This document shows, piece by piece, positions 18,906-26,528 of a stretch of DNA of 64,000 nt; positions within the stretch are counted from its first letter, which is position 1, and each line of letters starts with the position of its first letter. The stretch is from NCBI GenBank assembly GCA_042568205.1, contig JBHPJE010000005.1, positions 3,267 to 67,266 of the forward strand. The letters run 5' to 3'. Below the pieces are notes generated by a model. The model saw only the letters and a program-made list of their open reading frames with translations, was not told the DNA's origin and did not search any database. A program made the position numbers and the translations under genes. This DNA is from Patescibacteria group bacterium. Lineage in GTDB: Bacteria; Patescibacteriota; Gracilibacteria; UBA1369; PNNO01.

Positions 18906-20054
18906 AGTATCGTCAGCGTATTTTTGCCATGAATATTTTTCTGCCTGTTTCAAACCACGAGCAACTAATTTGTCATAAAGCGCTTCATCTGAATGCAACT
19001 GTTCAATCGCATCAGCGATACTCGTTGGACTAGTCGGATTTGCATAAACCGCAGCGTCGCCGAGAGCTTCTGGCAAACTTGCACGATCTGAAGACACAAC
19101 TGGAGTTCCGCATGCCATAGCCTCTAAAGGCGGCAATCCAAACCCTTCGTAGAGTGATGGGAACACAAAAATATGAGCCATGTTATAAAATGCCACTAGC
19201 TCCTCATCTGGCACATTTCGAATAATATGAACACTCCCTCCAAGTCCCATTTTGGTGATTTTTCGCGACAGAGAGTCAATTCCACCCTTTAAAGTTGTGT
19301 AACCAACTAGCAGCAAATGAGTATCCATGTGCTTACCCCTAAACAGTTTAAAGGCTTGTAGAAGCTTACTTACGTTCTTGCGTTTTAAGTCTAAGGCTCC
19401 CACATATAATAAATATTTGCGGTCAGCAGACAATCCTCGATTATGATAAAACGAATCCGGAGCTTCTTCTTCAATCTTAAACTGAGCCTGAATCGGAGGA
19501 TATGCAACTGCAATTTTTTTCTCATCAATTTTTAGATATTTCATTATGTCTTTTTTTGTATATTCAGAATTCGCAATGATCTTTTCTGCCTTATTCATGC
19601 CCTTATAAGCCCATTTTGCAAACCACCTGAACTTTGCTGAAGTCTCACCCTTCATTGCCAGCGGAATAACATCAAGACAACTGACAACAGTTTTTTTGCC
19701 AGGCAAATAATTTAACATGAAAGCTTCTTCTCCAAACATAATATGCTTCACGCGATCTTTTTTAAAATCCTCTTTAAAATAAAAAGGATGATAAAAATGA
19801 TTCAACAAATGTCGCCAAATTGAATATTTACGACCTTTCAAAGGATACAAATAACGAATTTCAAAATTCACTTTATCCTCAAGTCGCTTAAAGAAAGGCC
19901 CTTCGTAGTGCCTTTTATAACCCGTTTTCGTCTTGTCGTCGCCGGTTTCAACGAAATTTTTCTCTCCAATAAAAAGAGTAACCGGAATTCTGCTTAAACA
20001 TGCGCCTGAGCGAAGCGAAGCGGATGGTTTAGTACGCATAGCGTTGTCAGTCAT
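18879..20054 (-). CDS. Glycosyltransferase family 4
   Basis: FVFPSLYEGFGLPPLEAMACGTPVVSS; LYVG....RKN. Confidence 0.93.
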   Translation of the reverse strand: MTDNAMRTKPSASLRSGACLSRIPVTLFIGEKNFVETGDDKTKTGYKRHYEGPFFKRLEDKVNFEIRYLYPLKGRKYSIWRHLLNHFYHPFYFKEDFKKDRVKHIMFGEEAFMLNYLPGKKTVVSCLDVIPLAMKGETSAKFRWFAKWAYKGMNKAEKIIANSEYTKKDIMKYLKIDEKKIAVAYPPIQAQFKIEEEAPDSFYHNRGLSADRKYLLYVGALDLKRKNVSKLLQAFKLFRGKHMDTHLLLVGYTTLKGGIDSLSRKITKMGLGGSVHIIRNVPDEELVAFYNMAHIFVFPSLYEGFGLPPLEAMACGTPVVSSDRASLPEALGDAAVYANPTSPTSIADAIEQLHSDEALYDKLVARGLKQAEKYSWQKYADDTLKVYEEVF

Positions 20055-20120
20055 TTTTTTTAAAACAATTGCACTTCAGAGTATAACATATTAAAATATC
20101 GTGGAACTAACTTGATCGAT

Positions 20121-20468
20121 ATGCCTCCAAGAATTGGAATGAAAGACTTAAGAGAGTGCAAAACTTTCCTTAAAAATCCAGATACTGAAACGCCTAAAAT
20201 TCTACAAACTTTAGAAATAAGAGAAATTAGGCTACTATTGCAGGCAGCTGCAGAATCAATAATTTTAGATGATAATCCTGATGAAATGCGAGCTTTACAA
20301 GGAATGCTTGTACTAATCAATGATAAATATCCACTTAATAAACATGAAGAATCCCCTACAAGATGTAAAGAAACGTTTAGAAAAGGAGCGCCAGAACAAT
20401 GGCAACAAGTACTGGACAATCGATCACGAAACCGGACAGTTTTTATACAACCTGATAGTAAAAAATGA
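20121..20468 (+). CDS. Hypothetical protein (overlaps the next gene)
   Basis: ORF follows a TATAAC -10-like site; last about 125 nt overlap the methyltransferase in another frame. Confidence 0.45.
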   Translation: MPPRIGMKDLRECKTFLKNPDTETPKILQTLEIREIRLLLQAAAESIILDDNPDEMRALQGMLVLINDKYPLNKHEESPTRCKETFRKGAPEQWQQVLDNRSRNRTVFIQPDSKK

Positions 20469-20898
20469 TTATAAAAAAATCCTTGAAATAGGAACTTCTA
20501 TTGGATATAGCGGTCTTTGGTTTGCAAAAGCCCTTCGGGAAACAGGCGGCAAACTTTACACAGTTGAATCAAATAACGAGCGCTATGAAATAGCCCGTGA
20601 AAATTTTAGCGAAGCTGAAGTTTTAGATATTGTGAAGCAATTAAAAGGCCATGCTCCTGATGTTCCGATCCCGGACATGGTTGATTTTCTCTTTCTGGAT
20701 GCCACAAAATTCGAATATAAATATTATTTGTCGACTTATTTATTTCACATGAAAAAAGGTGGCATGATTGTTGCAGACAATGCAATAAGCCATGCTGAAG
20801 ATATGAAAGTTTACATCGACATGGTTAATAATTCAGACCAACTCGAAACCAAATTAGTAGAACTTGGCACGGGTCTTCTTGTTTCCAAGATTAAGTGA
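20344..20898 (+). CDS. Class I SAM-dependent O-methyltransferase (YrrM/CCoAOMT-like)
   Basis: ILEIGTSIGYSG, DFLFLDATK, GGMIVADN. Confidence 0.9.
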   Translation: MKNPLQDVKKRLEKERQNNGNKYWTIDHETGQFLYNLIVKNDYKKILEIGTSIGYSGLWFAKALRETGGKLYTVESNNERYEIARENFSEAEVLDIVKQLKGHAPDVPIPDMVDFLFLDATKFEYKYYLSTYLFHMKKGGMIVADNAISHAEDMKVYIDMVNNSDQLETKLVELGTGLLVSKIK

Positions 20899-20926
20899 AA
20901 GGCCCTGCATCTTGCGATACAGGGCC
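20897..20926 (-). terminator. Hairpin terminator downstream of the tRNA-like RNA
   Basis: Minus strand GGCCCTGTATC-GCAA-GATGCAGGGCC-TTTC. Confidence 0.75.
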
Positions 20927-20975
20927 GGTGAATTCATGGATCGTTGGAACCAAATAGGCCCATTGATCTCGTTTT

Positions 20976-21154
20976 TGGAGGCGGGAGGACTCGAACCCCC
21001 ATACTAAGAGCCGAAATTTTGATGTGCTTACTAAAGTGAGACGGAGGTCCCGATGCCCAAGAAACACATCAACCAGGCACAACAGAAAGGAGGTTGGGAT
21101 GAACAATCCCGTTCGGCTCTATAATAGCGTCCTACCGTGTTAGACGACGCCCCC
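20976..21154 (-). ncRNA. 179-nt tRNA/tmRNA-like RNA with an anti-SD-bearing insert in place of the anticodon loop
   Basis: Acceptor GGGGGCG/CGCCTCC+A (G3:U70); D arm GTCT-AACACGGTA-GGAC; T arm GGGGG-TTCGAGT-CCTCC; insert closed by AGAGCCGAA/TTCGGCTCT; no encoded CCA; no anticodon loop; no Ala-Ala tag frame. Confidence 0.85.
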
Positions 21155-21175
21155 ATATGTAAAAACATAGAGCTT

Positions 21176-21203
21176 ATTATACCTCTATATAGCGGGTTGT
21201 CAA
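21176..21203 (-). promoter_or_regulatory. Consensus sigma70 promoter for the tRNA-like RNA
   Basis: TTGACA (21203-21198)-16-TATAAT (21181-21176), about 20 nt upstream of the mature 5' end. Confidence 0.85.
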
Positions 21204-21204
21204 C

Positions 21205-22035
21205 CTATTTCTTTAAAATCAAATAAAAGGCTGAAGCAAGCCTGTGGGCTTCTTTTCGCTTGCGGAAAAAAGCATCGAAATACTTAATTGGCGCAGTGAA
21301 GTAACTAAAAATTGCACGCCAAAATTTGTATGCTTTTTTTGAATTAAATGAAAATAATATTGCTAAATATTCACGTAAAAACCATGCCAATGCACTTGAT
21401 GGACCAACTGAAATTCCTTCATCCACAATTTCAAAATCTTTAAAAAATTCATGTAGGCCATTAATTGAATATCTTTGATAATCATCAGGAACTGCATGAA
21501 ATGGCTGCATAAAAGGTACTTTCGCATAAATCTTCCCGCCTGGCTTAACTACACGTTTTAATTCTTCACGAACCTTTAGAGGATTTTTTAAATGCTCAAA
21601 TACATTTTTAATAATTACTCCATCGAGGCTGCCATCTTTAAAAGGCATTTCGTGCGCGTCAGCCACAATATCAATATTTGGATAATATGCAATATCGAGA
21701 TTATAAACGCCTTTAATTTTCTTTGATAAAGATCCAACATTTACTACAACATCATCGTCATTGAATTGCTTGAGAAATTCCTTAAGCTCTGGGCCTTCTT
21801 CGTATGAACTGTGGAGATTTTTAAAATAAACAGAGTGGTGTGGTGGCTTAAGAAAGCGTAAAGCGCGTTTTAAAGCATTAGGTTTTTTCTGATGTTGCGA
21901 AACCGCCCCTACTTCCATATCATCAATAAAAACCGGCACACCTTCGTGCTTTATATATTGTTTGCCACATTCAGAACATTTGAGCTCGTTGAGCTCTTTT
22001 CGACATTTCGGACATGCTAAAATATTATGTTTCAT
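21205..22035 (-). CDS. Class I SAM-dependent methyltransferase with N-terminal Trm112-like Zn finger
   Basis: LACPKC...C..C...Y...GVP; VADAHEMPFKDGSLD; VFEHL..P; RVVKPGG; PFH..PDDY.R. Confidence 0.88.
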   Translation of the reverse strand: MKHNILACPKCRKELNELKCSECGKQYIKHEGVPVFIDDMEVGAVSQHQKKPNALKRALRFLKPPHHSVYFKNLHSSYEEGPELKEFLKQFNDDDVVVNVGSLSKKIKGVYNLDIAYYPNIDIVADAHEMPFKDGSLDGVIIKNVFEHLKNPLKVREELKRVVKPGGKIYAKVPFMQPFHAVPDDYQRYSINGLHEFFKDFEIVDEGISVGPSSALAWFLREYLAILFSFNSKKAYKFWRAIFSYFTAPIKYFDAFFRKRKEAHRLASAFYLILKK

Positions 22036-24886
22036 CTTCTTCTGGAATTACAGTTGGTTCTTCAACTGGTTCAACTGGTGTTGGTTCTTCAACCGGAGTT
22101 GGCTCCTCATCATCTTCAGGAATCACATCAGGCCCTTCTTTTGGCTTATCATCTTCTTTTTCTTTACCCTTAATTTTCACTTCAACAGATGACTCTGCAG
22201 TATAGCCATGAATATCAGTTAAAACAGCTCTTATGGTATGGACTGATCCAGGCTCAAGAAATCTATTAACTCTTAATGATCCTGAGTAAGGTGCGATTCG
22301 TGAAGTATCCTGGAGAGATCCATCAAAATAATATTGAACTGATTCAATTTCAAAGTCTGATTTTGCATTTACCATAACTCCTAGCACTCCTGTGTCGATT
22401 TTTTCGTAACTACTTGGCTCTTTAATTTTAAGTGATCGTTTCGCATTTAAATGCTCTTTTGAACAAAGAGGACTAAATTCAGTTGGCGGTGTACCTGCAA
22501 CATTAACTGGCGCTCCTTCTTCTTGAGCTTTTATAGCAATTCCTGCTGCCCAAGCTTGTACTGCAGCTTCCCATACACTATTTGTAGGATCAATCGAATG
22601 ATGCTCCTGGAAAGCTCTTTCTTCAACTTCTTCGCGCGGACACCACTCATTTGCTAACAAACCATTTCGTTTATCAACTTTAACTGTTGCAAAAGAATTA
22701 TCAACTTCTGTTGGCACTCCAAAACTCGCGAAAATATCACTGCGCACCCCTCCTTCGGCTGTATTTCCACCTGGCAATTTACCAGTTGCAGCGCTTACTG
22801 TAACTGTTTGAATTCCAGGAGGCTTTGGGAATTCTTCACGAGAGAATCCTTTTAAATTATGAGCTTGTGTCATGAAGTCTTTCCAAATCGGAGCAGCTCC
22901 TTCATACCCATTTGCATAAACTGAAAGATTTCCACTTTTTCTATCATCACTATTTCCTGCCCAAACACCTGCTACTAAATGAGTTGTATAACCCATTGTC
23001 CAAAGATTACTCGGATAATTTACATTCGCAATTTTCTTATTTGAAGTTCCTGTTTTTGCTGCATTTACTTGTCCTGGAATTGTCATTGCAGGTCCAAGGC
23101 GAACACTTGTATCAGAAAGTATACTATTTATTAAATATGCAATTTGTGGATCCAACACTTCTTCATAAGTCTGCTTATCTTCTTCCCATTCCTCTAAAAT
23201 ATCTCCCTGTGAATTTGTAACTTTCATAATACTAACCGGCTCAACACGCTTTCCTCCGTTTGCAAAAGTCGCAAAAGCTGAAGTGTGATCCAAAAGCTTA
23301 ACTTCGGCTGTACCAAGCGCTAAAGGCCATCCGAAATCTCTATCTTTTGTAATAAAATTGATACCCATTTTTTCAGCAAGATTCAAAATCGGTTCCTGCT
23401 CACCTGCTAAAAAATAAGCTTTAATCGCTGGAATATTTCGCGACTGAGCAAGTGCTCTTCTGATATTCATAGGTCCCTGATATGTTCCATCGTAGTTCTC
23501 CGGAGGCGCTCCTCCACCAAATTGAGTTCGCACATCATACATAACTGAAGCCGGAGCATATCGATTATAAAAAGCCTGCGCATAAACATAAGGTTTAAAC
23601 GATGAACCAGGTTGTTTATAAGAAGTTGCAATATTCACATTCCCATCAATCTCCTCGTCATAATAATCTTTCGAACCAACCATAACTAAAATCTGCCCAT
23701 TGTCGGGATCAATTGCTACCAAAGAAGCATTTGTTGCATTAAATCGACCATTGTTTGCTGCTCCATCTTCAACTGCTTTTTCAGCAATTTCCTGAAGTTC
23801 TCCATCAATAGTTGTATAAACCTGAAGTCCACCCTGCTCAACCACTTCTTTACCATATTTTTCTTCTAATTCTGCAATTATATGAAACACAAAATGCGGA
23901 GCAGTAATTCGCGAAACATGTTTTTCCAATTCCAAATTCTGCAATTTGCTCCAAGCTTCATCCTTTTCATCCTGAGTAATCAATCCCTCTCCAAACATCT
24001 TTCTTAAAATTATATCTGCACGCCCAGGAATATAAACTCCATCACCATTTTCATATTGATATCCTTTTCCAATAAGTCCCATTTTATAATCTTCTCCACT
24101 TATTAATGATGAAGAATCAGTGACGTTTCTAGTTTCTAAATCCTCTAAAGCAACCAAAAGCTCAGATCGTTTATTTGTACCATAAGGATTATAATAAGAA
24201 GGTGCATTTGGAAGACCTGCAAGCATTGCACTTTCAGCTACGTCGAGGTCCTTGGCATCTTTATTAAAATAGATTTCTGCTGCCTTTTGGATACCATATG
24301 CGTTATTTCCGTATGGAATTTTATTTAAATAAAGTTCTAAAATTTTCTGTTTATCATAAGCCTGCTCTAACCGAACAGCGAGTATCAATTCTTTAATTTT
24401 ACGTGTATAACTCCGCTCATTTGAAAGGAAGGCATTTTTAACATATTGTTGAGTAATCGTTGAACCTCCACGCTTCGCTCCAATACCAAACACATCATTC
24501 AAGCCGGCTTTAATCAAGCCAGGAATATCAAATCCTTTATGTGTCCAAAATTCATCATCCTCAATTGCAACAGTCGCATTAACCAAGTCCTCAGAAATTT
24601 CATTGTATGGAACATATTTTCGATTTTCTTCACCATGTTTTACATAAAGCACTTCGCCATTACGATCAAATATCGTTGTAGATTGAGCAACACTAAGCTT
24701 ATCAATATCTCGAACATCAGGCAGGCCAATGCTGAGGATAGCAATAAAAATTGTCAAAGTAATAATCCCTAAAAGGATGAGTGCAATACCCCCTGAAACA
24801 ATAAGAATCGCTAATTTTTTAATTGAAATCTTACCTTCTTGTTTAATTTTAAGAAGAGATTTAAATTTTTGATGGATGTTTTTCAT
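22025..24886 (-). CDS. Class A penicillin-binding protein (PBP1A family)
   Basis: Transglycosylase EDDEFWTH.G, GGSTITQQ, RKIKE, LYLN; transpeptidase GSSFKP, SRN, KTGT; C-terminal Ig-like domain. Confidence 0.95.
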   Translation of the reverse strand: MKNIHQKFKSLLKIKQEGKISIKKLAILIVSGGIALILLGIITLTIFIAILSIGLPDVRDIDKLSVAQSTTIFDRNGEVLYVKHGEENRKYVPYNEISEDLVNATVAIEDDEFWTHKGFDIPGLIKAGLNDVFGIGAKRGGSTITQQYVKNAFLSNERSYTRKIKELILAVRLEQAYDKQKILELYLNKIPYGNNAYGIQKAAEIYFNKDAKDLDVAESAMLAGLPNAPSYYNPYGTNKRSELLVALEDLETRNVTDSSSLISGEDYKMGLIGKGYQYENGDGVYIPGRADIILRKMFGEGLITQDEKDEAWSKLQNLELEKHVSRITAPHFVFHIIAELEEKYGKEVVEQGGLQVYTTIDGELQEIAEKAVEDGAANNGRFNATNASLVAIDPDNGQILVMVGSKDYYDEEIDGNVNIATSYKQPGSSFKPYVYAQAFYNRYAPASVMYDVRTQFGGGAPPENYDGTYQGPMNIRRALAQSRNIPAIKAYFLAGEQEPILNLAEKMGINFITKDRDFGWPLALGTAEVKLLDHTSAFATFANGGKRVEPVSIMKVTNSQGDILEEWEEDKQTYEEVLDPQIAYLINSILSDTSVRLGPAMTIPGQVNAAKTGTSNKKIANVNYPSNLWTMGYTTHLVAGVWAGNSDDRKSGNLSVYANGYEGAAPIWKDFMTQAHNLKGFSREEFPKPPGIQTVTVSAATGKLPGGNTAEGGVRSDIFASFGVPTEVDNSFATVKVDKRNGLLANEWCPREEVEERAFQEHHSIDPTNSVWEAAVQAWAAGIAIKAQEEGAPVNVAGTPPTEFSPLCSKEHLNAKRSLKIKEPSSYEKIDTGVLGVMVNAKSDFEIESVQYYFDGSLQDTSRIAPYSGSLRVNRFLEPGSVHTIRAVLTDIHGYTAESSVEVKIKGKEKEDDKPKEGPDVIPEDDEEPTPVEEPTPVEPVEEPTVIPEEDET

Positions 24887-24951
24887 ATAAATAGGTGAGA
24901 CTATAAAAAACGGCCTTAAAATTCTATAGGAATAGGCCTAAAGTAGCAATA

Positions 24952-25476
24952 TTATTCGAATAATCTTGGCGGCACTATGCTAGTAGATGAATGTTCTTGA
25001 TTTTCAGCATCTTGCCAAGTAATTGTGATAGTTCGTGCTTCGACTGGATCTTGAAATTGCATATCTACGCCAATACCATTTTCAGACGGGAGTTGGCCAA
25101 CCGAAGAATTCTGACTATGTATAAGACTTCCATGTGCATCATGAACTTCAACAAAAGCATTATCAATTGTATAATCGATATCATAAGCAACACGAAGCCC
25201 AACATATTGTTCATAGTCAGGGCTCATCAAATAGGACATATACTGAACAGGAATTGTCTCTTGTTTTTGAACTTCTTGTGGTTTTGGCTTATCTTGAGCA
25301 CATGCAGCTAATGCAGGTGAAGCGATTCCTACTGCAAATACTAGTTGAACTACTTTATTTTGAGCAAAACTCCTTAATTTTTCTAAGGTTGTTTTATCTG
25401 GAGTATCTTCTCGTTGCTGGCTTATCTCTGCGGGATCCTGTATGTCTCTTGTTTCATATAAAGCCATATTTAACAT
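24952..25476 (-). CDS. Hypothetical protein with charged leader and internal lipobox-like signal
   Basis: About 40-aa acidic leader, then VVQLVFAVGIASPALAA|C; start may be 25467. Confidence 0.65.
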   Translation of the reverse strand: MLNMALYETRDIQDPAEISQQREDTPDKTTLEKLRSFAQNKVVQLVFAVGIASPALAACAQDKPKPQEVQKQETIPVQYMSYLMSPDYEQYVGLRVAYDIDYTIDNAFVEVHDAHGSLIHSQNSSVGQLPSENGIGVDMQFQDPVEARTITITWQDAENQEHSSTSIVPPRLFE

Positions 25477-25615
25477 ATTAGCTCTAAGTATTGATATTGT
25501 CTCTGATTAGCGAAAAATGTCAATAGAAAGTTGCTTGTGCAGTTCGCCCAATCGCCGTTGGTGACCTTTCGCGATTAGATGACCACCTCCTTGACTTTTC
25601 GAATAAAATATTGCC

Positions 25616-25799
25616 TTGTATTTTATTTTGAAATCATTATAATTGATAGCCTGAAACAAATCGCGCTCTTTTAAATGAAGATTTTTTCTTCAGCGTTAGT
25701 ATACGTCTCGTAATACCCCTTATCACATTACGGTTCGTAGCTGACGCTGAAGCGGGCTCCCAGGAGCCGCGTACTTACAACGAAAGTGGAGGTAGTCGA
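25616..25799 (+). promoter_or_regulatory. Promoter plus highly structured leader with boxA-like motif and SD
   Basis: TTGTAT-16-TATAAT; CGCTCTTTTAAAT 25664-25676; stem CTTCAGCGTTAG/CTGACGCTGAAG; GCGGGCTCC/GGAGCCGC; SD GGAGGT 25788-25793. Confidence 0.68.
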
Positions 25800-26444
25800 A
25801 TGCGACTAATCGAAGCAGTAGCTGTAAGCGGGCTCTTCACCCTGTTCTCCGCCAATGCGTTTGGCAACCCGCGGCCCAAAAACGGAGACGATCCCGTCTC
25901 ATGCGTTCAGGTGGTGGGCGACGGCGAGTATCTCCTTAGCATGCCCGAGGGGGCTGCACTTCCTTGCCGCTTTGTGGCAAACGAAGCAGGGACATTCGTA
26001 CGGTTGGATTGGGGCGAGATGATCGTCACACGTGAGAATAGCATCCTAAAGCGCGGTGCCGCCCGCGTGTATACAGCCGGGATACCTTTCTCAATCATGG
26101 GGGACCAAGTTCACCTTATAGAAACTGATAACACTGTAGACGTGGTAGTCGACAGCGACCTCACGTATATCCTCTCGAAAGAGGGGTGCGCAGAAGTAGT
26201 CAGTTGCTATGAGGCAGGTACAGAGCAAGGCGAATCCTACTTCCTCGAAGAGGGAGATCTTCTCGTACTACGTCGGAGTGGCGCGGTTTACGCGTGGGAA
26301 GATGTAGAAGGGAAAAGCCGCGTTCCACGCGGAGGATGTTCGACTGCTCATGATACGAACGTTGGGACTGTTCCAGAAGGTTTCACATGGTTTCTCTTTT
26401 TGGCTGTTTGGCTCTGGTTTAGGCGACGAAGCTCTTCGGAGTAA
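25800..26444 (+). CDS. GC-rich exported protein with MYXO-CTERM-like anchor (possibly FecR-like beta domain)
   Basis: Signal peptide ending ANA; beta-rich body; C-terminal GGCST...FTWFLFLAVWLWF-RRR. Confidence 0.78.
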   Translation: MRLIEAVAVSGLFTLFSANAFGNPRPKNGDDPVSCVQVVGDGEYLLSMPEGAALPCRFVANEAGTFVRLDWGEMIVTRENSILKRGAARVYTAGIPFSIMGDQVHLIETDNTVDVVVDSDLTYILSKEGCAEVVSCYEAGTEQGESYFLEEGDLLVLRRSGAVYAWEDVEGKSRVPRGGCSTAHDTNVGTVPEGFTWFLFLAVWLWFRRRSSSE

Positions 26445-26528
26445 GTCAGCTGAAAGCCGGGCACCTACTAGTTAGTAATATTTGCTCTTCGGATTGGGGT
26501 TTTAAGTGAAATCCGGAGAGCATTATTT

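Noticed and set aside
20891-21106. 71-aa minus-strand ORF, and two tiny plus-strand SD-led ORFs (ATG 21053 and 21099)
   Set aside because: All overlap the structured RNA; the promoter, tRNA ends and terminator point to a minus-strand non-coding transcript. Antisense peptides cannot be fully excluded.
20976-21154. Calling the RNA a standard tmRNA (ssrA) or ordinary tRNA-Ala
   Set aside because: It is about half the usual tmRNA length, has a paired D stem and shows no Ala-Ala tag frame. It has no anticodon loop, and the insert is too short for a group I intron. A derived tmRNA is not excluded.
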